A stretch of 38,253 nt of DNA, taken from IMG/VR virus record IMGVR_UViG_2778261538_000002; one strand, given 5' to 3'. Both the position numbers and the translations under genes were made by a program. Shown here in pieces: positions 19,396 to 28,224 of this stretch (the first letter of the stretch is position 1; each line of letters begins with the position of its first letter). The notes below the pieces were generated by a model. That model saw nothing but the letters and a program-made list of their open reading frames with translations, had not been told where the DNA came from and did not search any database. The stretch comes from a virus (lineage: Duplodnaviria; Heunggongvirae; Uroviricota; Caudoviricetes).

Positions 19396-20454
19396 TTACG
19401 CTCCGGTTTCTGCTGCGGCGGCGCTGAAGTCGCCAATCTGGATGTTTTCCACCAGTGCGGCGCAGCGGTAGTCCTCAACCACATAGGCTTCGTTAACGGA
19501 TTCAAAGTTTTCAATCCGGTCACGTTTCGGGTTGTCGATAACTGAACGGCGGCGAGTGTCTTCCTGCCAGTAGATGGACAGGTTATCCAGACGGGTGATC
19601 AGCAGCGCATTCGGCGGGAAGAACGGCGCACGCACGGCCTGCAGGCCACCCATGCGTTTCTGGCTGATGATCATATCTGCAGCCAGTTTTTCACTGTTCT
19701 CCTGCTCTTTGTTGACCAGCGGGAAATACTTGTCAGACAACAGTTCACGACCGCAAATCACCACCAGATCGTCATCGTCCTGGTAAACCACGTCGATAAG
19801 CTCATTGACGGCATCCATCACCACGGCGTCCAGGTTGGCATATTCGCCACCTTTGCCGACTTTCACTGCGCCCGGTGTGGTTTCACCGCCCGTGGTGGTG
19901 CTGCCCATGACGTGATCCGGTGCATCCTCACGGATTTTCTGCAGCCAGCCTTTATTCACATCCTGCAGCAGCGGGTTTTCGCTACGGTTGGAGGTTTTCG
20001 CACGCTTCACGCCGTTAAAGCCGATCATGATGCGGTCCAGTGCCTGACGTTTCACGATGGCGTCACGGATGCGCACCTGGAAATCCTGAAACTTCGCCCA
20101 CAGATCCAGCTTCGCGTAGGTCAGCACCGTGTCAAAGTTGGTCTGCTCGCATTTATATTCCACATCGACCATCAGCGTCGGATCGACAGGCTCACGCTCT
20201 TTCGCGGTGGTATCAGTGGTTCCGGCAATGGTGCTGCCAACACCCAATCCAAGCAGCTGACCGGACTGCTCAGTCACTGGCGTGACGTTAATCAGCGTCA
20301 GGAAAGCGGCGGACTGCTGGATCTGGTCTTCCAGCGTCTGCTGTACAGACGGCTCCACGGTGAACTTGCTGGACAGTTCTTCAACTGCCACACCGTTCAG
20401 ACGCGCCAGCTGCTGCAGGTAAGCGTTAAAAGCAAAGCGGGTATTCTTCTTCAT
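19396..20454 (-). CDS. N: major capsid protein
   Basis: 352-aa ORF; P2 gpN-like. Confidence 0.9.
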   Translation of the reverse strand: MKKNTRFAFNAYLQQLARLNGVAVEELSSKFTVEPSVQQTLEDQIQQSAAFLTLINVTPVTEQSGQLLGLGVGSTIAGTTDTTAKEREPVDPTLMVDVEYKCEQTNFDTVLTYAKLDLWAKFQDFQVRIRDAIVKRQALDRIMIGFNGVKRAKTSNRSENPLLQDVNKGWLQKIREDAPDHVMGSTTTGGETTPGAVKVGKGGEYANLDAVVMDAVNELIDVVYQDDDDLVVICGRELLSDKYFPLVNKEQENSEKLAADMIISQKRMGGLQAVRAPFFPPNALLITRLDNLSIYWQEDTRRRSVIDNPKRDRIENFESVNEAYVVEDYRCAALVENIQIGDFSAAAAETGA

Positions 20455-20470
20455 CAGGTTTTGTGCTCCA

Positions 20471-21304
20471 TCAGCAATTGGTCAGAGTGTCAGTGGGGGC
20501 GTTACCGCCTGTTGCACGCTGGCGGTAGTCCTGGCGGCTGTCTTCATGGCTCAGCTTGTCCACCAGTTCGTTAAAGGCGGTCAGCTGTGCCTGCAGGGAT
20601 GTCTCCAGCTCAGACAGGCGTTCTTCCTGTTCAGACAGGGATTTTTCGGTGCGCGCACTCAGGTTTTGCTGCTCAGTGGCGACCAGCTCCACGGCCTTAT
20701 GCACATCAGAGAACCGGGCATCGTCGGACTGCTCTTTTTTGGTGAACAGCGCCGTGACACGGGCAAACAGGGACGGCTTGTCCTCCTGGATTTCTTCCAG
20801 TTCGATCACCGTTTCCTCTGCGGCGGTAAAAAGATTGGCGGGATTCTGCTTGCGGTTTGCCAGCGGGTTATGGGCTGCACTCGCGCTGAATGTCAGCATT
20901 TCCGTACCCAGACTGGCTGGATCATCAGTGGCGGCCAGGCCAACCAGGTAGGCTTTGCCCGTATCAGCGAACTTCGGGCTGACTTCCATAGAGGTGAATA
21001 ATTTCTGGCCTTTTTTCACCAGTTCCACCAGGGACTCCGTTGGCTCAACGTCGGCATACAGCGCCATCTTGCCTGCCAGCGGACCTTCCGTGATTTCTTC
21101 AGCAAACAGCGCCGTCACCTTGCCGTAGCGGTTAAAGGTGCTGTCCGGCAGATAAGACTTGATGTGCTCAAGGTTAATCAGCGCGGTGTACACCGCCGGG
21201 TTGTAGCTGGCTGCCATCTGTTCCAGCCATTCACGCTGGATTTCGCGTCCGTCGGTGGTGGCACCTTCCACCCCGATGCGAAAACGCTTTGCTTTCACTG
21301 TCAT
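20471..21304 (-). CDS. O: capsid scaffolding protein
   Basis: ORF 20471-21424 trimmed to Met41 (MTVKAKRFRIGVEG), matching the gpO N-terminus. Confidence 0.85.
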   Translation of the reverse strand: MTVKAKRFRIGVEGATTDGREIQREWLEQMAASYNPAVYTALINLEHIKSYLPDSTFNRYGKVTALFAEEITEGPLAGKMALYADVEPTESLVELVKKGQKLFTSMEVSPKFADTGKAYLVGLAATDDPASLGTEMLTFSASAAHNPLANRKQNPANLFTAAEETVIELEEIQEDKPSLFARVTALFTKKEQSDDARFSDVHKAVELVATEQQNLSARTEKSLSEQEERLSELETSLQAQLTAFNELVDKLSHEDSRQDYRQRATGGNAPTDTLTNC

Positions 21305-21445
21305 GAGCCGTGCTCCGTTAGAAAAACTTACTGGAGCCTTATGGTTGCGGTGATGGGGGCAGTGAAACAATGCGCGGTATTTGTACCGACAACCACACAA
21401 ACCGCAGGCGGGGAAAGCCTTCATTCAAGGCTGTAGGTTTGTGCC
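21305..21445. promoter_or_regulatory. divergent late promoter region between O and P
   Basis: 141-bp interval between divergently transcribed capsid (O) and terminase (P) operons, as in P2. Confidence 0.45.
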
Positions 21446-23212
21446 ATGAACACCACACTGACACCCGCAGATCTCGATCCCCGTCGGCAGGCCATGCTGC
21501 TGTACTTTCAGGGATACCGCGTAGCCCGCATTGCTGAAATGCTGGGCGAAAAAGTTGCAACCGTTCACAGCTGGAAGAAACGCGACAAGTGGGGTGACTA
21601 TGGGCCGCTGGATCAGATGCAGCTCACCACCGCCGCACGTTACTGCCAGCTCATTATGAAGGAGCACAAAGAAGGGAAAGATTTCAAAGAAATTGACCTG
21701 CTGGCGCGGCAGTCGGAGCGCCACGCGCGGATCGGCAAGTTTAACAATGGCGGCAACGAAGCCGACTTAAACCCTAACGTCGCCAACCGCAACAAAGGCC
21801 CGCGTCGTCAGCCGGAAAAGAACGTTTTCACCGATGAACAGATTGAAAAGCTGGAAGAAATCTTCCATTCCTCCATGTTCAACTACCAGCGCCACTGGTG
21901 GGAAGCCGGAAAAACCAACCGCATCCGCAACCTGTTGAAGTCACGCCAGATCGGCGCGACCTTCTATTTTGCCCGTGAAGCCCTGATTGACGCTCTGCTG
22001 ACTGGACGTAACCAGATTTTCCTTTCCGCAAGCAAGGCACAGGCCCACGTCTTTAAGCAGTACATCATCGACTTCGCCAAAGAAGTGGAGGTGGAGCTGA
22101 AAGGTGATCCGATGGTGCTTCCCAACGGGGCCACGCTTTACTTCCTCGGCACCAATGCCCGCACGGCCCAGAGTTATCACGGCAACCTGTATCTGGATGA
22201 ATATTTCTGGATACCGAAATTCCAGGAGCTGCGCAAAGTGGCTTCCGGTATGGCTATTCACAAGAAATGGCGACAGACCTATTTTTCCACGCCATCCAGT
22301 CTGACACACAGTGCTTATCCGTTCTGGTCCGGTGCGCTGTTCAACCGTGGGCGCAACAAAGCCGATAAGGTGGACATCGACCTGTCCCACAGCAATCTGG
22401 CCCCCGGCCTGCTGTGCGCAGACGGGCAATACCGCCAGATAGTCACCGTGGAAGATGCGGTGCGCGGCGGCTGTAACCTGTTCGACCTTGACCAGTTGCG
22501 CATGGAGTACAGCCCGGACGAATACCAGAACCTGCTGATGTGCGAGTTCGTGGACGATCTCGCGTCCGTGTTCCCGCTCAGCGAGCTGCAGGCGTGCATG
22601 GTGGACAGCTGGGAAGTCTGGACCGACTTTCATGCACTGGCCCTGCGCCCGTTTGGCTGGCGCGAAGTATGGATCGGCTATGACCCGGCAAAAGGCACGC
22701 AGAACGGCGACAGCGCCGGATGCGTGGTGGTGGCACCGCCAGCCGTACCGGGCGGCAAATTCCGCATTCTTGAGCGGCACCAGTGGCGCGGGATGGACTT
22801 CCGCGCCCAGGCTGACGCCATCAAAAAACTGACACAGCAGTACAACGTGACCTATATCGGCATTGACTCGACCGGCGTCGGTCACGGGGTTTATGAGAAC
22901 GTGAAAGCGTTCTTTCCTGCCGTCCGGGAGTTTGTCTACAACCCCAATGTTAAAAACGCCCTGGTACTCAAGGCCTACGACATTATCAGCCACCGCCGTC
23001 TGGAGTTTGACGCCGGACACACCGACATTGCGCAGTCATTTATGGCAATCCGTCGTGCCACCACCGCCAGTGGCAACCGCCCGACCTATGAAGCCAGCCG
23101 CAGCGAAGAAGCCAGTCACGCCGATCTGGCCTGGGCAACGATGCACGCACTGTTTAATGAACCGCTGCAGGGCGAGTCCGCCAATACCAGCAATATTGTG
23201 GAGATTTTTTGA
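21446..23212 (+). CDS. P: terminase large (ATPase) subunit
   Basis: 588-aa ORF; P2 gpP-like. Confidence 0.9.
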   Translation: MNTTLTPADLDPRRQAMLLYFQGYRVARIAEMLGEKVATVHSWKKRDKWGDYGPLDQMQLTTAARYCQLIMKEHKEGKDFKEIDLLARQSERHARIGKFNNGGNEADLNPNVANRNKGPRRQPEKNVFTDEQIEKLEEIFHSSMFNYQRHWWEAGKTNRIRNLLKSRQIGATFYFAREALIDALLTGRNQIFLSASKAQAHVFKQYIIDFAKEVEVELKGDPMVLPNGATLYFLGTNARTAQSYHGNLYLDEYFWIPKFQELRKVASGMAIHKKWRQTYFSTPSSLTHSAYPFWSGALFNRGRNKADKVDIDLSHSNLAPGLLCADGQYRQIVTVEDAVRGGCNLFDLDQLRMEYSPDEYQNLLMCEFVDDLASVFPLSELQACMVDSWEVWTDFHALALRPFGWREVWIGYDPAKGTQNGDSAGCVVVAPPAVPGGKFRILERHQWRGMDFRAQADAIKKLTQQYNVTYIGIDSTGVGHGVYENVKAFFPAVREFVYNPNVKNALVLKAYDIISHRRLEFDAGHTDIAQSFMAIRRATTASGNRPTYEASRSEEASHADLAWATMHALFNEPLQGESANTSNIVEIF

Positions 23213-24237
23213 TGGGAAAGAGTAAGAAAAACCGCGCTGCGGCGACGAACCAGATCCAGCATAAAAACCAAACTTCAGCCGAAGCATTCAGCTTCGGTGA
23301 TCCCGTTCCTGTTCTGGACCGCCGCGAATTACTGGACTATGTGGAATGCGTACAGATGGACCGCTGGTATGAGCCACCAGTGAGTTTCGACGGGCTGGCG
23401 CGAACCTTTCGCGCCGCCGTGCACCACAGCTCACCGATTGCCGTAAAGTGCAACATTCTGACCAGCACCTACATCCCTCATCCGCTGCTCAGCCAGCAGG
23501 CTTTTTCACGTTTTGTGCAGGACTATCTGGTATTTGGTAACGCCTACCTGGAGAAACGCACGAACCGCTTCGGTGAAGTGATCGCCCTTGAACCTGCCCT
23601 GGCGAAATACACCCGACGCGGGTTAGACCTAGATACCTACTGGTTTGTGCAATACGGTATGACAACCCAGCCGTATCAGTTCACGAAAGGCAGCATTTTT
23701 CATCTGATGGAACCGGACATCAACCAAGAGATCTACGGCCTGCCCGGTTATCTTTCTGCCATTCCGTCAGCCTTGCTCAACGAGTCCGCCACGCTGTTCC
23801 GCCGCAAGTATTACATTAACGGCAGTCATGCTGGCTTCATCATGTACATGACCGACGCCGCGCAGAACCAGGAAGATGTGAACAACCTCCGTAATGCGAT
23901 GAAAAGCGCCAAAGGTCCGGGCAACTTCCGCAACCTGTTTATGTACTCGCCGAACGGCAAAAAGGACGGACTTCAGATTATCCCGTTGTCAGAAGTCGCG
24001 GCGAAGGATGAATTTCTGAATATCAAGAACGTGAGCCGTGATGACATGATGGCTGCGCACCGCGTGCCGCCTCAGATGATGGGGATTATGCCGAATAATG
24101 TCGGGGGATTTGGGGATGTGGAGAAGGCCGCAAATGTATTTGTGCGTAATGAGTTAATTCCGCTTCAAAGAATTATACAAGGATTTAACGGATTTATTGG
24201 TGACGACATCATAAACTTCGAAAAATATAAATTATAG
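23209..24237 (+). CDS. Q: portal protein
   Basis: 342-aa ORF, ATGA-coupled to P; P2 gpQ-like. Confidence 0.9.
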   Translation: MMGKSKKNRAAATNQIQHKNQTSAEAFSFGDPVPVLDRRELLDYVECVQMDRWYEPPVSFDGLARTFRAAVHHSSPIAVKCNILTSTYIPHPLLSQQAFSRFVQDYLVFGNAYLEKRTNRFGEVIALEPALAKYTRRGLDLDTYWFVQYGMTTQPYQFTKGSIFHLMEPDINQEIYGLPGYLSAIPSALLNESATLFRRKYYINGSHAGFIMYMTDAAQNQEDVNNLRNAMKSAKGPGNFRNLFMYSPNGKKDGLQIIPLSEVAAKDEFLNIKNVSRDDMMAAHRVPPQMMGIMPNNVGGFGDVEKAANVFVRNELIPLQRIIQGFNGFIGDDIINFEKYKL

Positions 24238-24266
24238 AAAATAGGCCTGTAATCAGGCCTAGTATA

Positions 24267-25346
24267 CTAACATTGTTTACATAAATCAGAAAAACTACCA
24301 CCGAAATAATACAGTGCAGATTTATCATTTAGTTCTTTAAAAACTTCACACGCACGCTGGTGTATCTCAATAGCACTAGATTTATTTCGTCCAATAATAA
24401 CAGTCTCTTTTTCAGTACTATCGCCATCCAGAAAAGTCTTCAAAAGAAAATTAATAATAAAGTCTTCCTTTGGGAAAGAATAACCTATAAAGATCAACAG
24501 ATCTGCTTGTCTCAACTGGGTAGAGGATTTCACAAAAGCTGTCTTAAAGTATTTATCCCCATAGTCTTGTTCATTTGAAGGCAAGATAATATTTGGAACA
24601 ACTTTTGCGTTCAATAATGAATCATAATCTATTTTAAAACCATCCCTTGCAGCAACAACCTCAAATCCTCCATTAAGCTTATACAAACCTATACCTTTAG
24701 GCTGAGGACACACTAATATATTATTATGATGCACAGGAAAACCCCGATTAACTGAACGTTCAGGGAATGCATGATGTAGCACTTTATCAATAACTATATC
24801 GTAGTTTGTTGTGACTACATCCAGTGCTGAAGCTTCCTGTAAACTCTTAAAGAAAGAAATAATATTCCTTTTATTCTGCCCAAATTTTGCAGTTTGACTT
24901 AGCTTTAAATCATTTGCCGGTATTTTTTTTGCAAACTTATTTTTTACATATAGTTTTACTTGTGCCTCAAACAACTCAAGCGTATGCCTATCAAGATACG
25001 ACGGCAATAAACTTGGATATCGCTTATAAACATCCAATGCATATTTAAAACTCTTGAAAACATTAGCTTTGTCATCTAAACCTGCATTAGCATCCGCCCA
25101 TTTAAATTTAAGACTGTCGAACAAAGAAAAAAAACCATACTCATCAATATTTTCTAATGCTTCGTCTTCAGAGATGGAAAAGACTTCATTACTCAATGGG
25201 TATTTGTCATCCCAGGCTTTAGAAAATCCTGCTCCGAGAAAAACACATACTCTTCGCTCTCTTATTTTTGATTTCAATGTGGCGAAGGATGTAATTTCTA
25301 AATTATTAGGTGTCAAAATATCACCATCATAAGCAAAGCTAGTCAT
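24267..25346 (-). CDS. SIR2-like domain protein (candidate NADase effector)
   Basis: 359 aa; RVCVFLGAGFS Rossmann motif near the N-terminus, TTNYD motif, His cluster (VLHH, PVHH) and IFIGYSFP motif, which I recognise as the SIR2_2 (PF13289-type) pattern; AT-rich; starts 14 nt after the ATPase stop. Confidence 0.7.
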   Translation of the reverse strand: MTSFAYDGDILTPNNLEITSFATLKSKIRERRVCVFLGAGFSKAWDDKYPLSNEVFSISEDEALENIDEYGFFSLFDSLKFKWADANAGLDDKANVFKSFKYALDVYKRYPSLLPSYLDRHTLELFEAQVKLYVKNKFAKKIPANDLKLSQTAKFGQNKRNIISFFKSLQEASALDVVTTNYDIVIDKVLHHAFPERSVNRGFPVHHNNILVCPQPKGIGLYKLNGGFEVVAARDGFKIDYDSLLNAKVVPNIILPSNEQDYGDKYFKTAFVKSSTQLRQADLLIFIGYSFPKEDFIINFLLKTFLDGDSTEKETVIIGRNKSSAIEIHQRACEVFKELNDKSALYYFGGSFSDLCKQC

Positions 25347-25359
25347 GTTTTTCTCACGC

Positions 25360-26589
25360 TTAGTTTTTTATATCAAGAAAAGCTGGAACTAATCCAAATT
25401 CGCCACGTAAATATTTGGCAGACACTTTAGCATCTTTCCTTACAGAAAATACCGTAGCATTAGTTATTATCGACGCTTTAGATGAATCCTTGACTATAAT
25501 ATTAAGCTCATCTCTTCTAAACACATCATCTAATAAAGGAATATTATGTGTAGACATAATAAACTGCACACCATTTTTACGGCAGGTTTTATCAAATATT
25601 TTTTTGATTAGTGCACTTGCCAAAGAATAGTGAATAGATGAATCTATTTCATCCACATAAAGTGTAAAATCATATTCACTAGCCCAAATCAATATTGCTA
25701 AAAATGTTAAAACATTTAGTGTGCCTTGGGAAAAAAATTCATCCCTACGGTCAGGGCCTATTCTAGTAAAATCACCATCATCATTTTTTATGAGATAAAC
25801 AAATTTATACTCATTATCTTCGCCAAATCTTACAAATTCAACTTTATCTATATGCAGCGGCGACTGAATAACCATTTCATTATAGGTATTTAAAATTCTT
25901 TGACCACTCTCATTTAATTTTTCATTTCCTTCCTCACCTGATAACTGGCGCTTAAGTTGTCCTTCAACAAATTTAAGACTTGGATTTTTGAATTTTTCAG
26001 AGTAATAAGGCAATTGTTTTAATGCCCAGCGTTGGGTTTCAACAAGAGCATCAATTTCTAAAGATTTTGCAAAAGTTACAACAGCTCCACTTTCTCTTAA
26101 GACAGGATTAATCAACGACTCGTATTTTTTTAAGTCGGGCTTTTTGAAAACCAACCCATTTTCATTGCGAATAAAAATACATTGTTCCCTTGCACTTTTT
26201 CTTATCGGTCTAATGTATAAATACTCATCTACAATAACTTCATTTAAAACTGACACACCATAACGGACGAAGTTTTTTTGCTCTTCATCAATCAGTATCG
26301 CTTCATAGGAAGTAGGTTTGTTACGACATTCCTTATTTAGAAGGAAAGGCATATGCAATTTGTGTAATGTGTCACTATGAATTGAATTTGCAAATTCAGT
26401 AATAGCATTTATTAATTGTGTTTTACCAACACCATTTCCGCCTATTAATGCGGCAAATCTGTTTACTCTTAAACCATTCGCTAATGTCACGATATGTTCA
26501 GGATGCTCATCCCCAATTGAGGAAGCAAAACTAAGAACCTGTCTTTCGCGAAAGCTCTTGTAATTTTCTAAACTGAATGCAACTAGCAT
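25360..26589 (-). CDS. ABC/AAA_15-21-type ATPase (candidate defense sensor)
   Basis: 409 aa; Walker A GGNGVGKT, Walker B LYVDEID, H-loop-like FIMSTHN; GAGGA RBS; AT-rich; no TOPRIM or coiled-coil evident. Confidence 0.75.
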   Translation of the reverse strand: MLVAFSLENYKSFRERQVLSFASSIGDEHPEHIVTLANGLRVNRFAALIGGNGVGKTQLINAITEFANSIHSDTLHKLHMPFLLNKECRNKPTSYEAILIDEEQKNFVRYGVSVLNEVIVDEYLYIRPIRKSAREQCIFIRNENGLVFKKPDLKKYESLINPVLRESGAVVTFAKSLEIDALVETQRWALKQLPYYSEKFKNPSLKFVEGQLKRQLSGEEGNEKLNESGQRILNTYNEMVIQSPLHIDKVEFVRFGEDNEYKFVYLIKNDDGDFTRIGPDRRDEFFSQGTLNVLTFLAILIWASEYDFTLYVDEIDSSIHYSLASALIKKIFDKTCRKNGVQFIMSTHNIPLLDDVFRRDELNIIVKDSSKASIITNATVFSVRKDAKVSAKYLRGEFGLVPAFLDIKN

Positions 26590-26704
26590 CTGAAGTCCTC
26601 ATTTTTGCGTAAAAAACGCATTTTTGACTATTTCGGTAATGTAATCCAGTGCTAACGCAAAAGCAACTTAACATTTTATGTTATATTATTAATTATGTAT
26701 CCGC

Positions 26705-26735
26705 GCGCGCTCGTATCCCCGCCACGCCTGCCCGC
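26705..26735. other. putative cos site (cohesive end)
   Basis: - strand reads GGCGTGGCGGGGATACGAG; the first 13 nt match the P2/186 cohesive-end sequence as I recall it (GGCG[A/T]GGCGGGGAAAGCA). Confidence 0.5.
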
Positions 26736-27037
26736 TTTATGCAGTGGTTTTCATGCACCTGCATGACATGAGTAAAAGCCCGCCAGTTCTAGCAGGTCTC
26801 TGCAAAAACGATCCTCAATCGATCATGCGATTTCATGCAGCATAGTCATGCACAGCCGAGGGAAGCGTAAATCCGTATCTGAATGACCGCTGAAAAGCGA
26901 ATCATACGGGTTTACAAAGATGAAAGTCCGCTGTGAACGAGAAACGGACTATGATACTAACAAGAGAGCATCACTGTTAATATTTGAACAATTAATGCTC
27001 AGCTATTTATCTATTTTACAATCAGAAAGGACTTGTA

Positions 27038-27424
27038 ATGGTTACGGTTGATGAATTAAAGATGAAATATCCGGACGCGAATGCCTGGCAAGTGGGCGAC
27101 AGCCCTGAACTGGCTAACGAGCTTGCAGCACTTATCAAAAAAGGGATTAAAACGGCCTCCTGCGGCTCTTATGCCTCTTACCAGAAGGAAGAGTTTGCCC
27201 CAAGGATTGGGAGCTATAACATCATCCTTAACGGCCAGGATGTACCGGTATGCGTGACCCGGCTAGTGTCGATGCGACTGGTGCGTTTTTGTGATGTTAC
27301 TGCCGAGTTCGCTCGCAAGGAAGGTGAAGGCGATTTGAGTCTTGAATATTGGCAGAGAGAGCATCAACGATTTTTTACATGTGAAGGTTACTTTTCTGAC
27401 GATATGGAGCTGATTATGGAATAG
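27038..27424 (+). CDS. ASCH-domain protein
   Basis: 128 aa; ASCH/PUA-like pattern (LIKKGIKTASCG ... FARKEGEGDLSLEYWQREHQRFF); AAAGGA RBS. Confidence 0.7.
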   Translation: MVTVDELKMKYPDANAWQVGDSPELANELAALIKKGIKTASCGSYASYQKEEFAPRIGSYNIILNGQDVPVCVTRLVSMRLVRFCDVTAEFARKEGEGDLSLEYWQREHQRFFTCEGYFSDDMELIME

Positions 27425-27638
27425 TTTGAAGTTGTTGATGTTTTGTAATCCAACAACGTTTATGCATGTCAGATTAGAATAACTGAGTACCGTTTTATCA
27501 CGTGAAATTTGTATTAATGCCCGCCTCTGGCACAAAGCGAACGAGCACTTATCAAAATGCCCACCCACCTTACGCCTCGTTTCACTCGTTGCCCAAACTA
27601 GCCCCCATCAGAATGAATCCTCCTGGGGGCAACGTTTC

Positions 27639-27872
27639 TTAATGCAGCCAGCTGTCGTCTTCCCACACCTTCTGCATAATTTTCATCACTTGTTTTCTTT
27701 CTTCATCCAGTTGCAGTCCGGTCAGTTCCACACCGTTAGAGCTACCTTTACGGATACGAATTACCGTTTTGGGATACAGGGGGCGCAGATTGCGGTAAAG
27801 CTCGGATTCAAGGGCGTCCAGGGTAGACTGGCTAATCTTCTGCTCTTTATCGATCATTATTTCAATGCGCAT
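27639..27872 (-). CDS. DinI-family protein (C-terminal part of a 186 Tum-like SOS module)
   Basis: 77 aa from Met25 of ORF 27639-27944 (MRIEIMIDKEQ ... WEDDSWLH), clearly DinI-like. Confidence 0.75.
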   Translation of the reverse strand: MRIEIMIDKEQKISQSTLDALESELYRNLRPLYPKTVIRIRKGSSNGVELTGLQLDEERKQVMKIMQKVWEDDSWLH

Positions 27873-27882
27873 AAAAGTCACC

Positions 27883-28071
27883 TCAACTGATGACATCCAT
27901 TGAGCGGTTGTATTCGTGGGTTCTGATTTTTGCCATGAGTTCATCTGTCAGTTCAGAAACCCACTGCAGGGCCAGCCCCTTCTCTTCATCACTACACTCA
28001 CTAGCCGCTACAAGCTTAAGAAAAAAATCAATGCGCTGGAGCTTCAAAGACTCCAAAAAATAGTCCTGCAT
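27883..28071 (-). CDS. small protein upstream of the DinI-like gene (possible Tum N-terminal/antirepressor part)
   Basis: 62 aa from Met35 of ORF 27883-28173; AGGAGG RBS; overlaps the DinI-like ORF out of frame. Confidence 0.55.
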   Translation of the reverse strand: MQDYFLESLKLQRIDFFLKLVAASECSDEEKGLALQWVSELTDELMAKIRTHEYNRSMDVIS

Positions 28072-28099
28072 TTTTCCTCCTATGACACCACAAGCAATA

Positions 28100-28130
28100 C
28101 TGTACACATAACCACTATTTATATTTACAG
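28100..28130. promoter_or_regulatory. putative LexA (SOS) operator overlapping the promoter of the tum-like operon
   Basis: CTATTTATATTTACAG (28115-28130) is one mismatch from CTGT-N8-ACAG; adjacent CTGTACACATAACCAC is a weaker site; TTTACA -35-like element on the - strand. Confidence 0.45.
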
Positions 28131-28224
28131 TATATAATAATCTTACTGATGTAAAACGTTTTTTTACGCTCATCAGCCTGATATGCCTGGTATTATTAAG
28201 AGCACGAATTGTTAACCCGCGTAA

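Noticed and set aside
21941-23020. 359-aa ORF on the - strand inside the terminase large subunit gene
   Set aside because: Fully embedded antisense to P; no RBS context; chance open frame in GC-rich DNA.
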